64,000 nucleotides of DNA from an uncultured Spirochaetaceae bacterium. GTDB lineage: Bacteria > Spirochaetota > Spirochaetia > SZUA-6 > DRHE01. The stretch's first letter is position 1; each line of letters starts with the position of its first letter. The position numbers and the translations under genes are program-made. The stretch spans positions 2,992 to 66,991 of the forward strand of contig CAZPPB010000004.1 in the NCBI GenBank assembly GCA_964588355.1, read 5' to 3'. Of the stretch, positions 1 to 9,643 are shown in pieces. A model generated the notes under the pieces. The model was not told the DNA's origin. It saw nothing but the letters and a program-made list of their open reading frames with translations, and made no database searches.

Positions 1-1110
1 AGGGAATTGAGTATTGCCCGGCCACGAGGCCGCTCCCTCGCGCGCCGGGGCGTAGGCTTCCCACAGAGTGCCCTTCATGCCCTCGTCGGTATGCAGACCC
101 TCCAGGACGAAGTACAGATGCTTGATCGAGCACTCTCGAGCCAGCTCGAACTTTCCGTATTTTTCCAGTCCTTTGATGATCATATAGGTGAGGAACGGAA
201 AAACGGAACCGCGAAAGCCGTACCCCCTCTGGTCGAAGTCTTTTTCGTTGGCCGCCAGAGAAGGGAAGGGATTTTCCAATCCGAATGTCTTCGGATCGGT
301 CAGATGGGCGATCAATCCCTCCGCGCGAACCTCGTTTGGAATTTCCGCCAGCAGCGGCCAGAAAGAGGCAGCGGTTTTTACCTTTACCTGTTTCTCATCC
401 TTGTCGAGGTCGTAGTAGAAACGATCCCTGTCATTCCACATCAGAGAGCTGATGCGTGTCTTCAGAGAGAAGTAGGCTTTCTTGTATCGGTAGCTTATCT
501 CTTTGTCGTTGAGAATGTCCCCCAAAGCCGACATGTACAGGGCGTTGATGGCGACCTGGGTGTTGAAGTCGACCGGGTATTTCATGTTTTGCCGGGGACT
601 GTTGGTCATCACGGTTGCGGAAAGGGGAACGGCGTACAGGCCGTTTTCCTGTCTGCATACCCGCTCCAGCCAGGCAAAGTAACGCTCCAGGACGGGCATG
701 ATCTCCCGTACTCTCTTCTTGAGTCCAATTTTGTGGTAGATGTTGTACTCCGCCCAGGCGTACAGAGGCGGAAGGATGCCTTCGTGATTTTTCCTGCTGA
801 GTACGGGTTTGCCGTCTTTTATAGCGTATTCGCCTCGAATTGCGCCGTCGGCCTCCTGTTTATGATAGAAGTTGTCGAGCAGCGACAGCACGGGAAATAC
901 CCGATTGCTATAAACTAAAAAAAAAGTTGCCAGGATGGCTTCAAACTGATTGATCGACTCGGCGTCCGGATAGCTGAAATACTTGGGTTGGAGGCCGTTC
1001 TCGGAAGTCCCCCGCTTCCAGAAACCCTTGAGACGGTTGAAGGTATAATCGTACATATCGGTCAGGTCGTGATCGTAAAAATGCAGCTTCGGGAATTCCT
1101 TCTTACCCAC
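1..1110 (-). CDS. Glycoside hydrolase, six-hairpin (alpha/alpha)6-barrel type (GH63/GH37/mannosylglycerate-hydrolase-like). Partial: the 3' end runs off the window start.
   Basis: I translated the minus strand by hand and got an uninterrupted frame from about 1110 to 1 (…FKEVEVGKKEFPKLHFYDHDLTDMYDYTFNRLKGFWKRG…ASFWPLLAEIPNEVRAEGLIAHLTDPKTFGLENPFPSLAANEK…). A GTG at 1108-1110 is preceded by AAAGAGG. The ORF track does not list it because no stop falls inside the window. The family assignment is made by eye. Confidence 0.5.
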   Translation of the reverse strand, partial: MGKKEFPKLHFYDHDLTDMYDYTFNRLKGFWKRGTSENGLQPKYFSYPDAESINQFEAILATFFLVYSNRVFPVLSLLDNFYHKQEADGAIRGEYAIKDGKPVLSRKNHEGILPPLYAWAEYNIYHKIGLKKRVREIMPVLERYFAWLERVCRQENGLYAVPLSATVMTNSPRQNMKYPVDFNTQVAINALYMSALGDILNDKEISYRYKKAYFSLKTRISSLMWNDRDRFYYDLDKDEKQVKVKTAASFWPLLAEIPNEVRAEGLIAHLTDPKTFGLENPFPSLAANEKDFDQRGYGFRGSVFPFLTYMIIKGLEKYGKFELARECSIKHLYFVLEGLHTDEGMKGTLWEAYAPAREGAASWPGNTQFP

Positions 1111-1436
1111 TTCAACCTCTTTAAATCGACTAATACTTTGCTCTTTATTGTATCATCCCGGGGATGCACGTCAAATTTTTTACGGGAGGGTTTCGATCAC
1201 TTCCAGAGACGGCTGTCCGGATCGTTGTGTTTATGATGATACCATTTAAAAACGGCTCACAAACCAAAGATTGGCCGCTAAAGTCTTCTCTCAGAATATA
1301 TTACTGGTTTGTTGCGGTGTCAAGTTTTTTTCCTGCCCTCATCAAGGCGCATCGTCCCGCAGGTTCGGTCGCGGAGGCGGAGGGATTCTACCCATGGGTT
1401 GACACGGGCAGCGACCCTGTGTTCAATGGGCGTCAA

Positions 1437-1721
1437 ATGAAAGTCATGGAACGGGAAGAACTGGATATCACAGCTCATCTGGCTCGTCTGGAGCTGTCCG
1501 ATGAAGAAACCAAGCGATTCGAGCAGGCGGTTGTTCAAATGTTGGAGTACTTTTCGAAGATGAGAGAGTTCGATGTGGAAGGACTGCCCCCGACCGCCCA
1601 AATGACACAAACCAACCGAACCCGCAAAGATGCTGCAATCGTGAATGAAGATACCGAGGCAATCCTCGGCAACGCTCCCGAGCTCGAAGATCGTTTCATC
1701 GTTATTCCCAACGTTCTGTAA
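1437..1721 (+). CDS. gatC: Asp-tRNA(Asn)/Glu-tRNA(Gln) amidotransferase subunit C
   Basis: MKVMEREELDITAHLARLELSDEETKRFEQ… matches GatC in length (94 aa) and its N-terminal HLARLxLxxEE motif. It sits immediately upstream of gatA and gatB. The longer ORF listed from 1164 lacks any GatC-like N-terminus. The start is 1437 or 1446; neither ATG has a strong SD. Confidence 0.8.
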   Translation: MKVMEREELDITAHLARLELSDEETKRFEQAVVQMLEYFSKMREFDVEGLPPTAQMTQTNRTRKDAAIVNEDTEAILGNAPELEDRFIVIPNVL

Positions 1722-1808
1722 TCGAGGTCATTTCCAATACAGAGGAATCTGTGCGAGCATGCGCGGCCTAAACCACAGCGGATAGCCGAAATTGAGAGGG
1801 CTTGAATT

Positions 1809-3302
1809 TTGGACAAATCGGGACAGCCAAATTCCTGGAGTCGAGCGCTTGCCGACCCAGCACAGCGATCATCCTGGATGCAGTTCGTCCGCGATCGGGA
1901 CAAACAGATCCGGGCGTTCCTGCAGTTCGACCCTGAGCTCGGTCGGGAGATAGCCTCCGGAGCCGACTGCGACTCTTCCGAATCCAGCCGGACAGGTCCT
2001 TTGAGGGGAATCCCCTTCGCAGTCAAGGACAATATCGCCGTTCGCAGCTTCAAATTGACCTGCGGATCCAAACTGCTCGAAAATTTCGTTTCTCCCTACA
2101 CTGCCACGGCCGTGCAGAGGCTTTTGGAGCAGGGTGCGGTGCCTGTCGGCAAGACGAATCTCGATGAATTCGGAATGGGCTCTTCTACGGAAAACTCAGG
2201 ATTCGGCATGACCTACAATCCATGGGATCCGGCACGCGTGCCGGGCGGTTCCAGCGGCGGCTCCGCAGCCGCCGTGGCTGCCGGCATGGTTCCCTTTGCC
2301 CTCGGGTCCGACACCGGGGGCTCCGTTCGCCAGCCCGCTGCTTTCTGCGGAGTGTATGGACTCAAGCCCACCTACGGAGCTGTCTCCCGATTCGGGCTGG
2401 TGGCCTATGCCTCCTCACTGGAGATCATCGGCGTCATCGCCCGGGAGATTTCGGTGATCCGGGATGTGTTTTCGGCGATGCGGGGCAGGGACCCTCGGGA
2501 TCACAGCTCCGTCGTCTATCCCGAGGCCCAACCGGTACAGGGAAAACCCCTCACCGTGGGCGTACCGGATCTGGGATCGATTCCTCTCCATGAGGAGGTG
2601 CAGAGTTCCTGGGAGAAGACCCTGGACGTGTTGAAGAGCCTCGAGTATACCCTGAAAAAAATCGAACTGCCGACGTTGGACTACCTCGTTTCGGCGTACT
2701 ACGTCATCGCCTGTGCCGAAGCCAGCGCCAATTTGGCACGCTTCGACGGCGTTCGCTATGGAAACAGGAGCGCCGGCTTTTCAGGCAATCCCGAGCAGCT
2801 GGTCAAGTGGTCCCGCAGCCGTGGGTTGGGAGATGAGGTCAAACTTCGAATCCTCCTTGGAACCTTCGTGCTGCGCTCCGGGTTCCAGGACCAGTACTAC
2901 CTGCGGGCGCAGCGGATCCGCACGGCGATCCGCCGGGAGTTCGAAGGCGCCTTTTCCGGAGTCGATCTGATTCTCATGCCCGTCTATCCCTGCGGTCCGT
3001 TCAAGTGGGGCAGCGAGGGATTGGATCCCTTCTCCCAGAAGCTCTCCGACATCTTCACCTGCTCGGCCAACATGACAGGCCTGCCTGCCTTGAGTTTTCC
3101 CGCCTCGCTGGAGAATTCACTGCCCATCGGGATGCAGTTCCTGGCTCCCCCCTTTGCAGAAGAACGGCTCCTGCAGGCCTGTGAGCGGTTTGCCCGGGTG
3201 TTCCCGGTGCCGGCCTGCCCCCTGTACCAGCCATTGCAGTCGGCCGGAGGCAGCCGCGCCAAAGGCGGTAGCGCCCCTTCGGGAGCGCAAGGGAGGACTT
3301 AG
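1809..3302 (+). CDS. gatA: Glutamyl-tRNA(Gln) amidotransferase subunit A (amidase signature family)
   Basis: Amidase-signature blocks [10 protein letters not shown] and [14 protein letters not shown]…[12 protein letters not shown] are present. TTG start at 1809 with AGAGGG upstream. Length about 497 aa. Confidence 0.88.
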   Translation: MDKSGQPNSWSRALADPAQRSSWMQFVRDRDKQIRAFLQFDPELGREIASGADCDSSESSRTGPLRGIPFAVKDNIAVRSFKLTCGSKLLENFVSPYTATAVQRLLEQGAVPVGKTNLDEFGMGSSTENSGFGMTYNPWDPARVPGGSSGGSAAAVAAGMVPFALGSDTGGSVRQPAAFCGVYGLKPTYGAVSRFGLVAYASSLEIIGVIAREISVIRDVFSAMRGRDPRDHSSVVYPEAQPVQGKPLTVGVPDLGSIPLHEEVQSSWEKTLDVLKSLEYTLKKIELPTLDYLVSAYYVIACAEASANLARFDGVRYGNRSAGFSGNPEQLVKWSRSRGLGDEVKLRILLGTFVLRSGFQDQYYLRAQRIRTAIRREFEGAFSGVDLILMPVYPCGPFKWGSEGLDPFSQKLSDIFTCSANMTGLPALSFPASLENSLPIGMQFLAPPFAEERLLQACERFARVFPVPACPLYQPLQSAGGSRAKGGSAPSGAQGRT

Positions 3303-3307
3303 AACGG

Positions 3308-5692
3308 ATGTATCAGTCCTACGTCGGTTTGGAGATTCACATTCAACTGCTGACGCGAAGCAAGGTGTTCTGCAGCTGTCGGGCCGCCTTCGGAGAGGAA
3401 CCGAACAGCAACATATGTCCGGTTTGTATGGGCTACCCCGGGGTCCTGCCGGCCCTCAACGAAGAGGCGGTGCGGCAGGCCTACCTGGTCTGCCGTGCAT
3501 TGGAGTGTCGACTCAACGAGAGTGGGATCTTCGAGCGCAAGAACTACTTCTATCCCGACATGCCGAAGAACTACCAGATCTCCCAGTTCGCCTCCCCCTT
3601 CGGTGTGGAGGGCCATCTGGACCTGGAGTACCGCAAACGGAAGCGTCGCGTGAATATCAAAGAGGTGCATCTGGAGGAGGACGCAGGAAAGATGATCCAC
3701 GTCGGGGAGCTGTCCCTCCTGGACTACAACCGCGCCGGTACACCCCTGCTGGAGATCGTAACCATGCCCGACCTGGAGGTCGGAGAAGAGGCGGAGCTGT
3801 TTCTGCAAGCGTTTCGCCGTCTGGTTCGCTACCTCGGTGTCTGCGACGGCAACATGGAGGAAGGGTCCCTTCGCTGTGATGCCAATGTTTCGGTGAATCT
3901 GGAAGGTCAGGGGCTGGGAGCCAAGGTGGAGATCAAGAACCTCAACTCCTTCAAGTTTGTACGCAAAGCCCTCAACTTCGAGATCGAACGGCAGATAGAA
4001 ATTCTCGAACGGGGCGGCTCGCTCCCTCAGGAAACCCGGCTCTGGAATGAAAACCGGGACGTCACTGAGGGTATGAGAACCAAGGAGAGTGCCTTCGACT
4101 ATCGTTATTTCCCCGAACCGGATCTGCCTCCCTTTCATCCCGAAGAAAAGTTCCTCGAGTCCCTGGAAGCGGTGCTGGTGGAGCTGCCTCAGCCACGAAA
4201 AGCAAGATTCATGGAGCAGTACGGCATCGCCGAATCTCAGACGGATTTCATCTGTGAGGAAAGGAGTACGGCGGACTACTACGAACAAGTCGTAGGTTTG
4301 GGTGCCGATCCCCAGGCGGCCGCGCTGTGGTTGGCTGGGGACGTGCAGAAGATTCTCAAGAGAACCGCCGGGAACCTGACCGACTGTCCTCTGAGCCCCG
4401 AGCGTTTGGCCGAACTGCTCCGGCTTCTGGCTGCCCGCCGCATCCACGGTAAAATCGCCAAGCAGGTACTGGAGGTTATCTTCGCAGAGGATCGAAATCC
4501 CTCGGAGATCATAAAGGACCGTGGTTGGGAGCAGATTACCGACCTCAAAGAACTCGACCCGATCATCGGCCAGATCTTGAAGGAAAACGCCAAAGCGGTG
4601 CAGCAGGTCCGGGAAGGGGACTCCCGGCCATTGATTTACCTGGTCGGACAGATCATGAAGAAGACCTCGGGCAGAGCCGAACCGGGGTTGGTCAAGGTAC
4701 TGCTGAATGCCCGTTTCGAATTGTCTTTTGTCCAGGTGCTGTCCATGGGCGGTGCAATCGGGGGAACACGCACAGGGGCGGGGGAGGTTGCCGCCGGAGA
4801 TCTGAAGCAGGTTATCGACAAGCTGGGACGGGACAAGCGTTTGCCGAAGAACGTCCGTTTCGAAGAAATCGAGATCAGCCGGATCTTGAGTGAAGAGATC
4901 ACCCCGGAGGACTGGGCGGCCTTGATTGTCTCCCTGGACTCGTATTTGAAACAGGAGAACACCTCAGGTGTCGTCGTCGCCCATGGAACCGATACCCTGG
5001 CCTATACCGCGTCTCTGCTGTTCTGGTTGTTCCCTCGAGTTCCCATGCCCGTTGTGTTTACCGCGGCCCTGGATCCCCGGGACGCGGAGGAAGCGCTGAG
5101 CACCGCTATCCTGGCAGCCACGGAGCAGCCCCCCGGTGTCTACCTCAGCCTGGAAGGGAAAATTCTCTCTCCGTTGAATCTGAAGTTCGAGAAGGTCGCC
5201 CGGGATGCTTTCCGGAACTGGAACCTCGAGGAGCCGATGTTTACCAGCGGTTCCCTGCCCCTTCCTCCGCTGACCCTGACCGACAGGACCGGGCTGAGGG
5301 AGGCTCTGGAGCAGGCTATCAGCCGGGTGTGCATCCTGCAGGCGTATCCGGGAATGAAGGGGGATTATCTGATCGCCCTGATGAACGCGGGCGTGCGCTA
5401 TTTCATTCTGGAGCTCTATGACACGGGAACCGCCAATCTGCGGGAATCTCCATTTTCCCTGCGAAAAGCTTTTATAGAAGGCAAAACCAGGGGGGTCCAT
5501 TTCTTCTGCACCTCTCAGCAGGAGGGTATCGTGGATTTCTCCGGCTACGTCACCTCCCACGAGCTGTGGAGGGAGGGAGCCGTCCCCATGGGCTTTTTAA
5601 CCACTGAGAGCGCCTACACGCGTCTGCTGGCGGCAATGCTGTGTTGTGAGACCGAGGAAGAGGTGATCCACCTGATGGAGGAGTGCAGATGA
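3308..5692 (+). CDS. gatB: Asp/Glu-tRNA amidotransferase subunit B fused in frame to a C-terminal type-I L-asparaginase/GatD-like domain (aa ~472-794)
   Basis: Residues 1-~471 are a canonical GatB (MYQSYVGLEIHIQL…CPVCMGYPG…, ending …GRAEPGLVKVLLNARFEL). The single 794-aa ORF then continues without a stop into …GVVVAHGTDTLAYTASLL…FILELYDTGTAN…, which aligns by eye to E. coli AnsA/GatD blocks (HGTDTMAYTASAL; LILRSYGVGNAP). Confidence 0.85.
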   Translation: MYQSYVGLEIHIQLLTRSKVFCSCRAAFGEEPNSNICPVCMGYPGVLPALNEEAVRQAYLVCRALECRLNESGIFERKNYFYPDMPKNYQISQFASPFGVEGHLDLEYRKRKRRVNIKEVHLEEDAGKMIHVGELSLLDYNRAGTPLLEIVTMPDLEVGEEAELFLQAFRRLVRYLGVCDGNMEEGSLRCDANVSVNLEGQGLGAKVEIKNLNSFKFVRKALNFEIERQIEILERGGSLPQETRLWNENRDVTEGMRTKESAFDYRYFPEPDLPPFHPEEKFLESLEAVLVELPQPRKARFMEQYGIAESQTDFICEERSTADYYEQVVGLGADPQAAALWLAGDVQKILKRTAGNLTDCPLSPERLAELLRLLAARRIHGKIAKQVLEVIFAEDRNPSEIIKDRGWEQITDLKELDPIIGQILKENAKAVQQVREGDSRPLIYLVGQIMKKTSGRAEPGLVKVLLNARFELSFVQVLSMGGAIGGTRTGAGEVAAGDLKQVIDKLGRDKRLPKNVRFEEIEISRILSEEITPEDWAALIVSLDSYLKQENTSGVVVAHGTDTLAYTASLLFWLFPRVPMPVVFTAALDPRDAEEALSTAILAATEQPPGVYLSLEGKILSPLNLKFEKVARDAFRNWNLEEPMFTSGSLPLPPLTLTDRTGLREALEQAISRVCILQAYPGMKGDYLIALMNAGVRYFILELYDTGTANLRESPFSLRKAFIEGKTRGVHFFCTSQQEGIVDFSGYVTSHELWREGAVPMGFLTTESAYTRLLAAMLCCETEEEVIHLMEECR

Positions 5693-6993
5693 GGACGATG
5701 CTCGCACGGATCAACGAACATGCGGCTGAGGAGGTCGAGGTCCGGGGTTGGGTGCACCGTATCCGCGAGCTGGGGAAGATCTCCTTCATCCTGCTTCGGG
5801 ATGTGTCGGGAATGGCGCAGCTGGTCGTGGATGCGGGATCAAGTTCCGGGGAGGTTGCTCAGACCGCTTCCCGGCTGACCCTGGAATCGGTTATTTCAGC
5901 GCGGGGCAGGGTGGCTGAAAACGGCAAGGCTCCCGGCGGTTTCGAGGTTCAGGTTTCTGAGCTGGAGGTGGTAGCCAGGGCCGAGCCGGACCTGCCACTG
6001 GCGGTCAATCAGGACCCGGACAAGGTATCCCTGGATACGATTCTAGAGCACAGAATGATAAGCTTGCGGAATCCCAAGATCCTGTCGGTCTTCCGGCTTC
6101 AATCTTCGATCCTCGAGCTCTTTGCCGAGCACATGCGCAGCGAGGGGTTCACCGAGATCAAGACCTCCAAGCTGATCGGTACCGGGACAGAGGGAGGAAC
6201 CGGGCTTTTTGCCGTGGAGTACTTCGACACCAAGGTATTTCTGGCCCAGTCCCCCCAGTTCTACAAGCAGGCCATGGTTTCCTCGGGCCTGGAGCGGGTG
6301 TTCGAGATCGGCTGCGCCTACAGGGCGGAGAAGCATGAAACCCCGCGGCATCTCAACGAGTACGTGTCGCTGGACGTGGAGACCGCCTGGATCGAAAGCG
6401 AGCAGGATCTGATGGATCTGGAGGTGCGGATTCTCAAAACCATCTTCGAAGGCGTAGAGCGGGAAAATGCCGAGGTGCTGCAGCAGTGGCAGGCTGCCGT
6501 GCCCTCTGCCGAGCAGGTCGAGAACATCCCCCGGATTTCCCACGATGAAGCCAAAGAAACGATCAGCACTCTAGGCGGGAAAAAAGTCTACGAGGTCAAT
6601 CCTGAGGGCGAGCGGATTCTCTGCGACTGGGCGCTGAAGGAGCACGGTGTAGAAGCGGCGTTTATCTTCGGCTGGCCCAGAAAAAAACGTCCCTTCTACA
6701 CCTATCCCCTAGATGCCCGCACCACCATGTCCTTCGACCTTCTGTTCCGGGGGCTGGAGGTCACCACGGGGGGAAGACGCATCAATGAGTATCCCATGCT
6801 TCTGGAGAATATCGAGCTGTTCGGCCTGCAGCCGTCTTCACTGAGCGACTACATCCAGATCTTCAAGTACGGCTGCCCTCCCCACGGGGGCTTCGCCATC
6901 GGCCTGGAGAGGCTGACCCAGAAGATCCTGGGTCTGGCCAACGTCAAAGAGGCCTCCCTGTTCCCCAGGGATCGGCGCCGAATCAGGCCCTAG
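5689..6993 (+). CDS. aspS: Aspartyl-tRNA synthetase, archaeal/eukaryal type 2 (likely non-discriminating)
   Basis: 435 aa with no GAD insertion. Class II motifs are present (GFTEIKTSKLIG…FYKQ…GCAYRAE…GGFAIGLERL). The ATG at 5689 is preceded by GGAGGAG and overlaps the gatB stop, which suggests translational coupling. Adjacent to gatCAB. Confidence 0.85.
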   Translation: MRTMLARINEHAAEEVEVRGWVHRIRELGKISFILLRDVSGMAQLVVDAGSSSGEVAQTASRLTLESVISARGRVAENGKAPGGFEVQVSELEVVARAEPDLPLAVNQDPDKVSLDTILEHRMISLRNPKILSVFRLQSSILELFAEHMRSEGFTEIKTSKLIGTGTEGGTGLFAVEYFDTKVFLAQSPQFYKQAMVSSGLERVFEIGCAYRAEKHETPRHLNEYVSLDVETAWIESEQDLMDLEVRILKTIFEGVERENAEVLQQWQAAVPSAEQVENIPRISHDEAKETISTLGGKKVYEVNPEGERILCDWALKEHGVEAAFIFGWPRKKRPFYTYPLDARTTMSFDLLFRGLEVTTGGRRINEYPMLLENIELFGLQPSSLSDYIQIFKYGCPPHGGFAIGLERLTQKILGLANVKEASLFPRDRRRIRP

Positions 6994-7189
6994 AGGATCC
7001 GGGACTGAAGAAGGTTCCTGACTGACCGCTGCAGCGGCTTCCTGCGATGCAGATCCGGCCGCTGTCATCCACATCCACCTCTCCCGGGCTCGACAAGGAT
7101 GAGGCTCTGTACCGAGCGAAGCACCAGGAGCAGAAACCGGGTCCTCTGTGATTGACTCTCACGCGGATGAGCCGGTAATATGCCCTGAC

Positions 7190-9613
7190 ATGAGCAGTCT
7201 ACCCTTTGCCCAAATAGAAAAGAAGTGGCAGTCCTACTGGGAGGAGAACAGGACCTTCCGGGTCGAAGAGAAACCGGAAGTGCCGCCTGAGAAGCGGGTC
7301 TACGTCCTCGATATGTTTCCCTATCCCTCCTCGGCCGGGCTGCACGTCGGGCATCCGGAAGGCTACACGGCAACCGATATATACTGCCGCTTCCTGCGGA
7401 TGAAGGGCTATCACGTCCTTCATCCAATGGGCTTCGACAGCTTCGGGCTGCCGGCGGAAAACTACGCCATCAAACATGGGATCCAACCGAAGATCTCCAC
7501 GGGCGCCAATATCGAGCGTTTCCGCACGCAGATCAAGGCCCTGGGTTTCTCCTACGATTGGGACCGGGAGATCTCCACCCACGAGCCGGAGTACTACAGG
7601 TGGACCCAGTGGATCTTCCTGAAGATCTGGGAGCAGGGCCTGGCCTATGAGGCGGAGGCCCCGATCAACTGGTGTACCTCCTGCCTGACCGGACTGGCCA
7701 ATGAGGAGGTCAAGGACGGGCGCTGCGAGCGCTGCGGGTCCCAGGTCGAGCGCAGGGACCTCAGGCAGTGGCTGCTGAAGATCACGGCCTATGCCGAACG
7801 GCTGCTCCAGGATCTGGACAAGCTAGACTGGTCGGAGAGCCTCAAGCTGATGCAGCGCAACTGGATCGGCAAGAGCGTCGGCGCCAACGTGCACTTCCCT
7901 CTGGTCGACGGGGAGGGCACGATCGAGGTGTTCACCACCCGGCCGGATACCCTCTTCGGTGCCACCTATATGGTCCTGGCGCCGGAGCATCCGCTGGTCG
8001 ATAAGCTGACCACAGTCGAGCAGCGTGGGGCGGTGGATGAGTACATCCAACAGGCCCGTTTGAAGAGCGACCTGGAGCGTACCGACCTGGCCAAGGAGAA
8101 AACCGGCGTGTTCACCGGCGGGTATGCGGTCAATCCGATGAATGACGAAAAGATACCGGTCTGGATCTCCGACTACATCCTCATCTCCTACGGAACCGGC
8201 GCGATCATGGCCGTGCCCGCCCACGATCAGCGGGATTTCGAGTTCGCCGTGGAGTTCGCTCTGCCCATCGTCCAGGTCGTGTCCCGGGACGGCAGCGAGT
8301 ACGAGCTGACCGAGGCCGACGTGACCGACGGTGTTGCCATCAACTCCGGGCAGTTCGACGGCCTGAGCACCGTTGAGTTCAAAGAACGGATCATCCAGTG
8401 GCTGGAGGAACGGAACCTGGGAAGCAGGGCCGTCAACTACAAACTTCGAGACTGGGTTTTTTCCCGTCAGCGCTACTGGGGCGAGCCGATTCCCCTGGTC
8501 CACTGCGGGAAGTGCGGGATCGTTCCCGTTCCCTACGGCGAGCTGCCCCTGTTGCTCCCCGAGGTCAAGAGCTTTGCCCCCACGGGCACCGGAGAGTCCC
8601 CCCTGGTCGCCATCGAGGACTGGGTCAACACCGAGTGCCCCCGCTGCGGCAGCCCGGCCAAGAGGGAGACCAACACGATGCCCCAGTGGGCGGGTTCCTG
8701 CTGGTACTACATGCGCTATCTTGACCCCCACAACGACTCCGCCCTGGCTGCCAAAGACAAGCTGGAGTACTGGATGCCCGTGGACCTGTACGTCGGCGGT
8801 GCCGAGCATGCGGTGCTGCACCTGCTGTACGCGAGATTCTGGCAAAAAGTTCTCTACGACATCGGGGCGGTCAATACCGATGAACCCTTCATGCGTCTGG
8901 TGAATCAGGGCATGATCCTCGGCGAGGGGGGCGTGAAGATGTCCAAGAGCCTGGGCAACGTGATCAACCCGGACGAGGTCATTCACGACTACGGGGCGGA
9001 TGCCATGCGCATGTACGAGATGTTCATGGGACCGCTGGAAGTAGCCAAGCCCTGGTCCACAACGGGCATTGCGGGGATCAAGCGCTTCCTGGACCGGGTC
9101 TGGCGGCTGTCGGAGCAGGAGTTCGGCCAACAGGAGCCCCCGCGGGAACTTCTCAAGGTCCTGCACCAGACGATCCGAAAAGTGTCTATGGATACCGAAA
9201 CTCTGCAGTTCAACACGGCCATCGCCCAGATGATGATCTTCCTCAACGAAGCGGGAAAACACGAGGTACTGTACCGCAGCGTGTGGCAGCCCTTCGTGCT
9301 CATTCTGGCTCCCTACGCCCCGCATCTGGCGGAGGAGCTCTGGGAGAAGCTGGGAGAGAAGCCCTCCGTTGCCTACCAGCAGTATCCGGATTGGGACGAG
9401 GAGCTGATCAAAGAGGACACGGTGACCGTGGTATTCCAGATAAACGGAAAGATCCGCTCCCGGGAGGATCTGCCCGTCGGGCTGTCCAAGGCGGATCTGG
9501 AGCGCAGCGCCCTCGAGAATTCCCGTATCCAGGAGCTTCTGGCCGGCAAAAAGCCCGCAAAGATGATCGTAGTTGTCGACAAGCTTGTCAATCTGGTCGT
9601 ACCCTCGGCCTGA
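7190..9613 (+). CDS. leuS: Leucyl-tRNA synthetase
   Basis: Class I HIGH-like block ([16 protein letters not shown]) and KMSKS block ([11 protein letters not shown]) are present, with a typical LeuS N-terminus [17 protein letters not shown]. The start could instead be the GTG at 7148. Confidence 0.9.
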   Translation: MSSLPFAQIEKKWQSYWEENRTFRVEEKPEVPPEKRVYVLDMFPYPSSAGLHVGHPEGYTATDIYCRFLRMKGYHVLHPMGFDSFGLPAENYAIKHGIQPKISTGANIERFRTQIKALGFSYDWDREISTHEPEYYRWTQWIFLKIWEQGLAYEAEAPINWCTSCLTGLANEEVKDGRCERCGSQVERRDLRQWLLKITAYAERLLQDLDKLDWSESLKLMQRNWIGKSVGANVHFPLVDGEGTIEVFTTRPDTLFGATYMVLAPEHPLVDKLTTVEQRGAVDEYIQQARLKSDLERTDLAKEKTGVFTGGYAVNPMNDEKIPVWISDYILISYGTGAIMAVPAHDQRDFEFAVEFALPIVQVVSRDGSEYELTEADVTDGVAINSGQFDGLSTVEFKERIIQWLEERNLGSRAVNYKLRDWVFSRQRYWGEPIPLVHCGKCGIVPVPYGELPLLLPEVKSFAPTGTGESPLVAIEDWVNTECPRCGSPAKRETNTMPQWAGSCWYYMRYLDPHNDSALAAKDKLEYWMPVDLYVGGAEHAVLHLLYARFWQKVLYDIGAVNTDEPFMRLVNQGMILGEGGVKMSKSLGNVINPDEVIHDYGADAMRMYEMFMGPLEVAKPWSTTGIAGIKRFLDRVWRLSEQEFGQQEPPRELLKVLHQTIRKVSMDTETLQFNTAIAQMMIFLNEAGKHEVLYRSVWQPFVLILAPYAPHLAEELWEKLGEKPSVAYQQYPDWDEELIKEDTVTVVFQINGKIRSREDLPVGLSKADLERSALENSRIQELLAGKKPAKMIVVVDKLVNLVVPSA

Positions 9614-9643
9614 AGCTCTCTGTTCGGGGGTTTCCCTCAGCTG

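Noticed and set aside
7-918. 303-aa plus-strand ORF at the window start
   Set aside because: It is antisense to a clean, motif-bearing minus-strand glycosidase frame. Its composition (Arg/Gly/Val-rich, no motif) is typical of GC-rich shadow ORFs.
1111-1436. 327-nt region upstream of gatC as a possible leader/riboswitch
   Set aside because: I see no recognisable T-box, riboswitch or attenuator signature by eye, only scattered short complementarities. It most likely holds divergent promoters.
7030-7060. Perfect 12-nt palindrome CCGCTGCAGCGG in the aspS-leuS spacer
   Set aside because: It has no U-tract and gives only a 4-bp stem once a loop is allowed. It is likely incidental (it contains a PstI-like CTGCAG).
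7823-9325. 500-aa minus-strand ORF (plus 3299..4447, 22274..23272, 24635..26092, 25981..27234, 20820..21863 and similar)
   Set aside because: All are antisense to strongly supported genes (leuS, gatB, CPBP, gcvPA/PB, lactonase). They are high-GC third-position artefacts.
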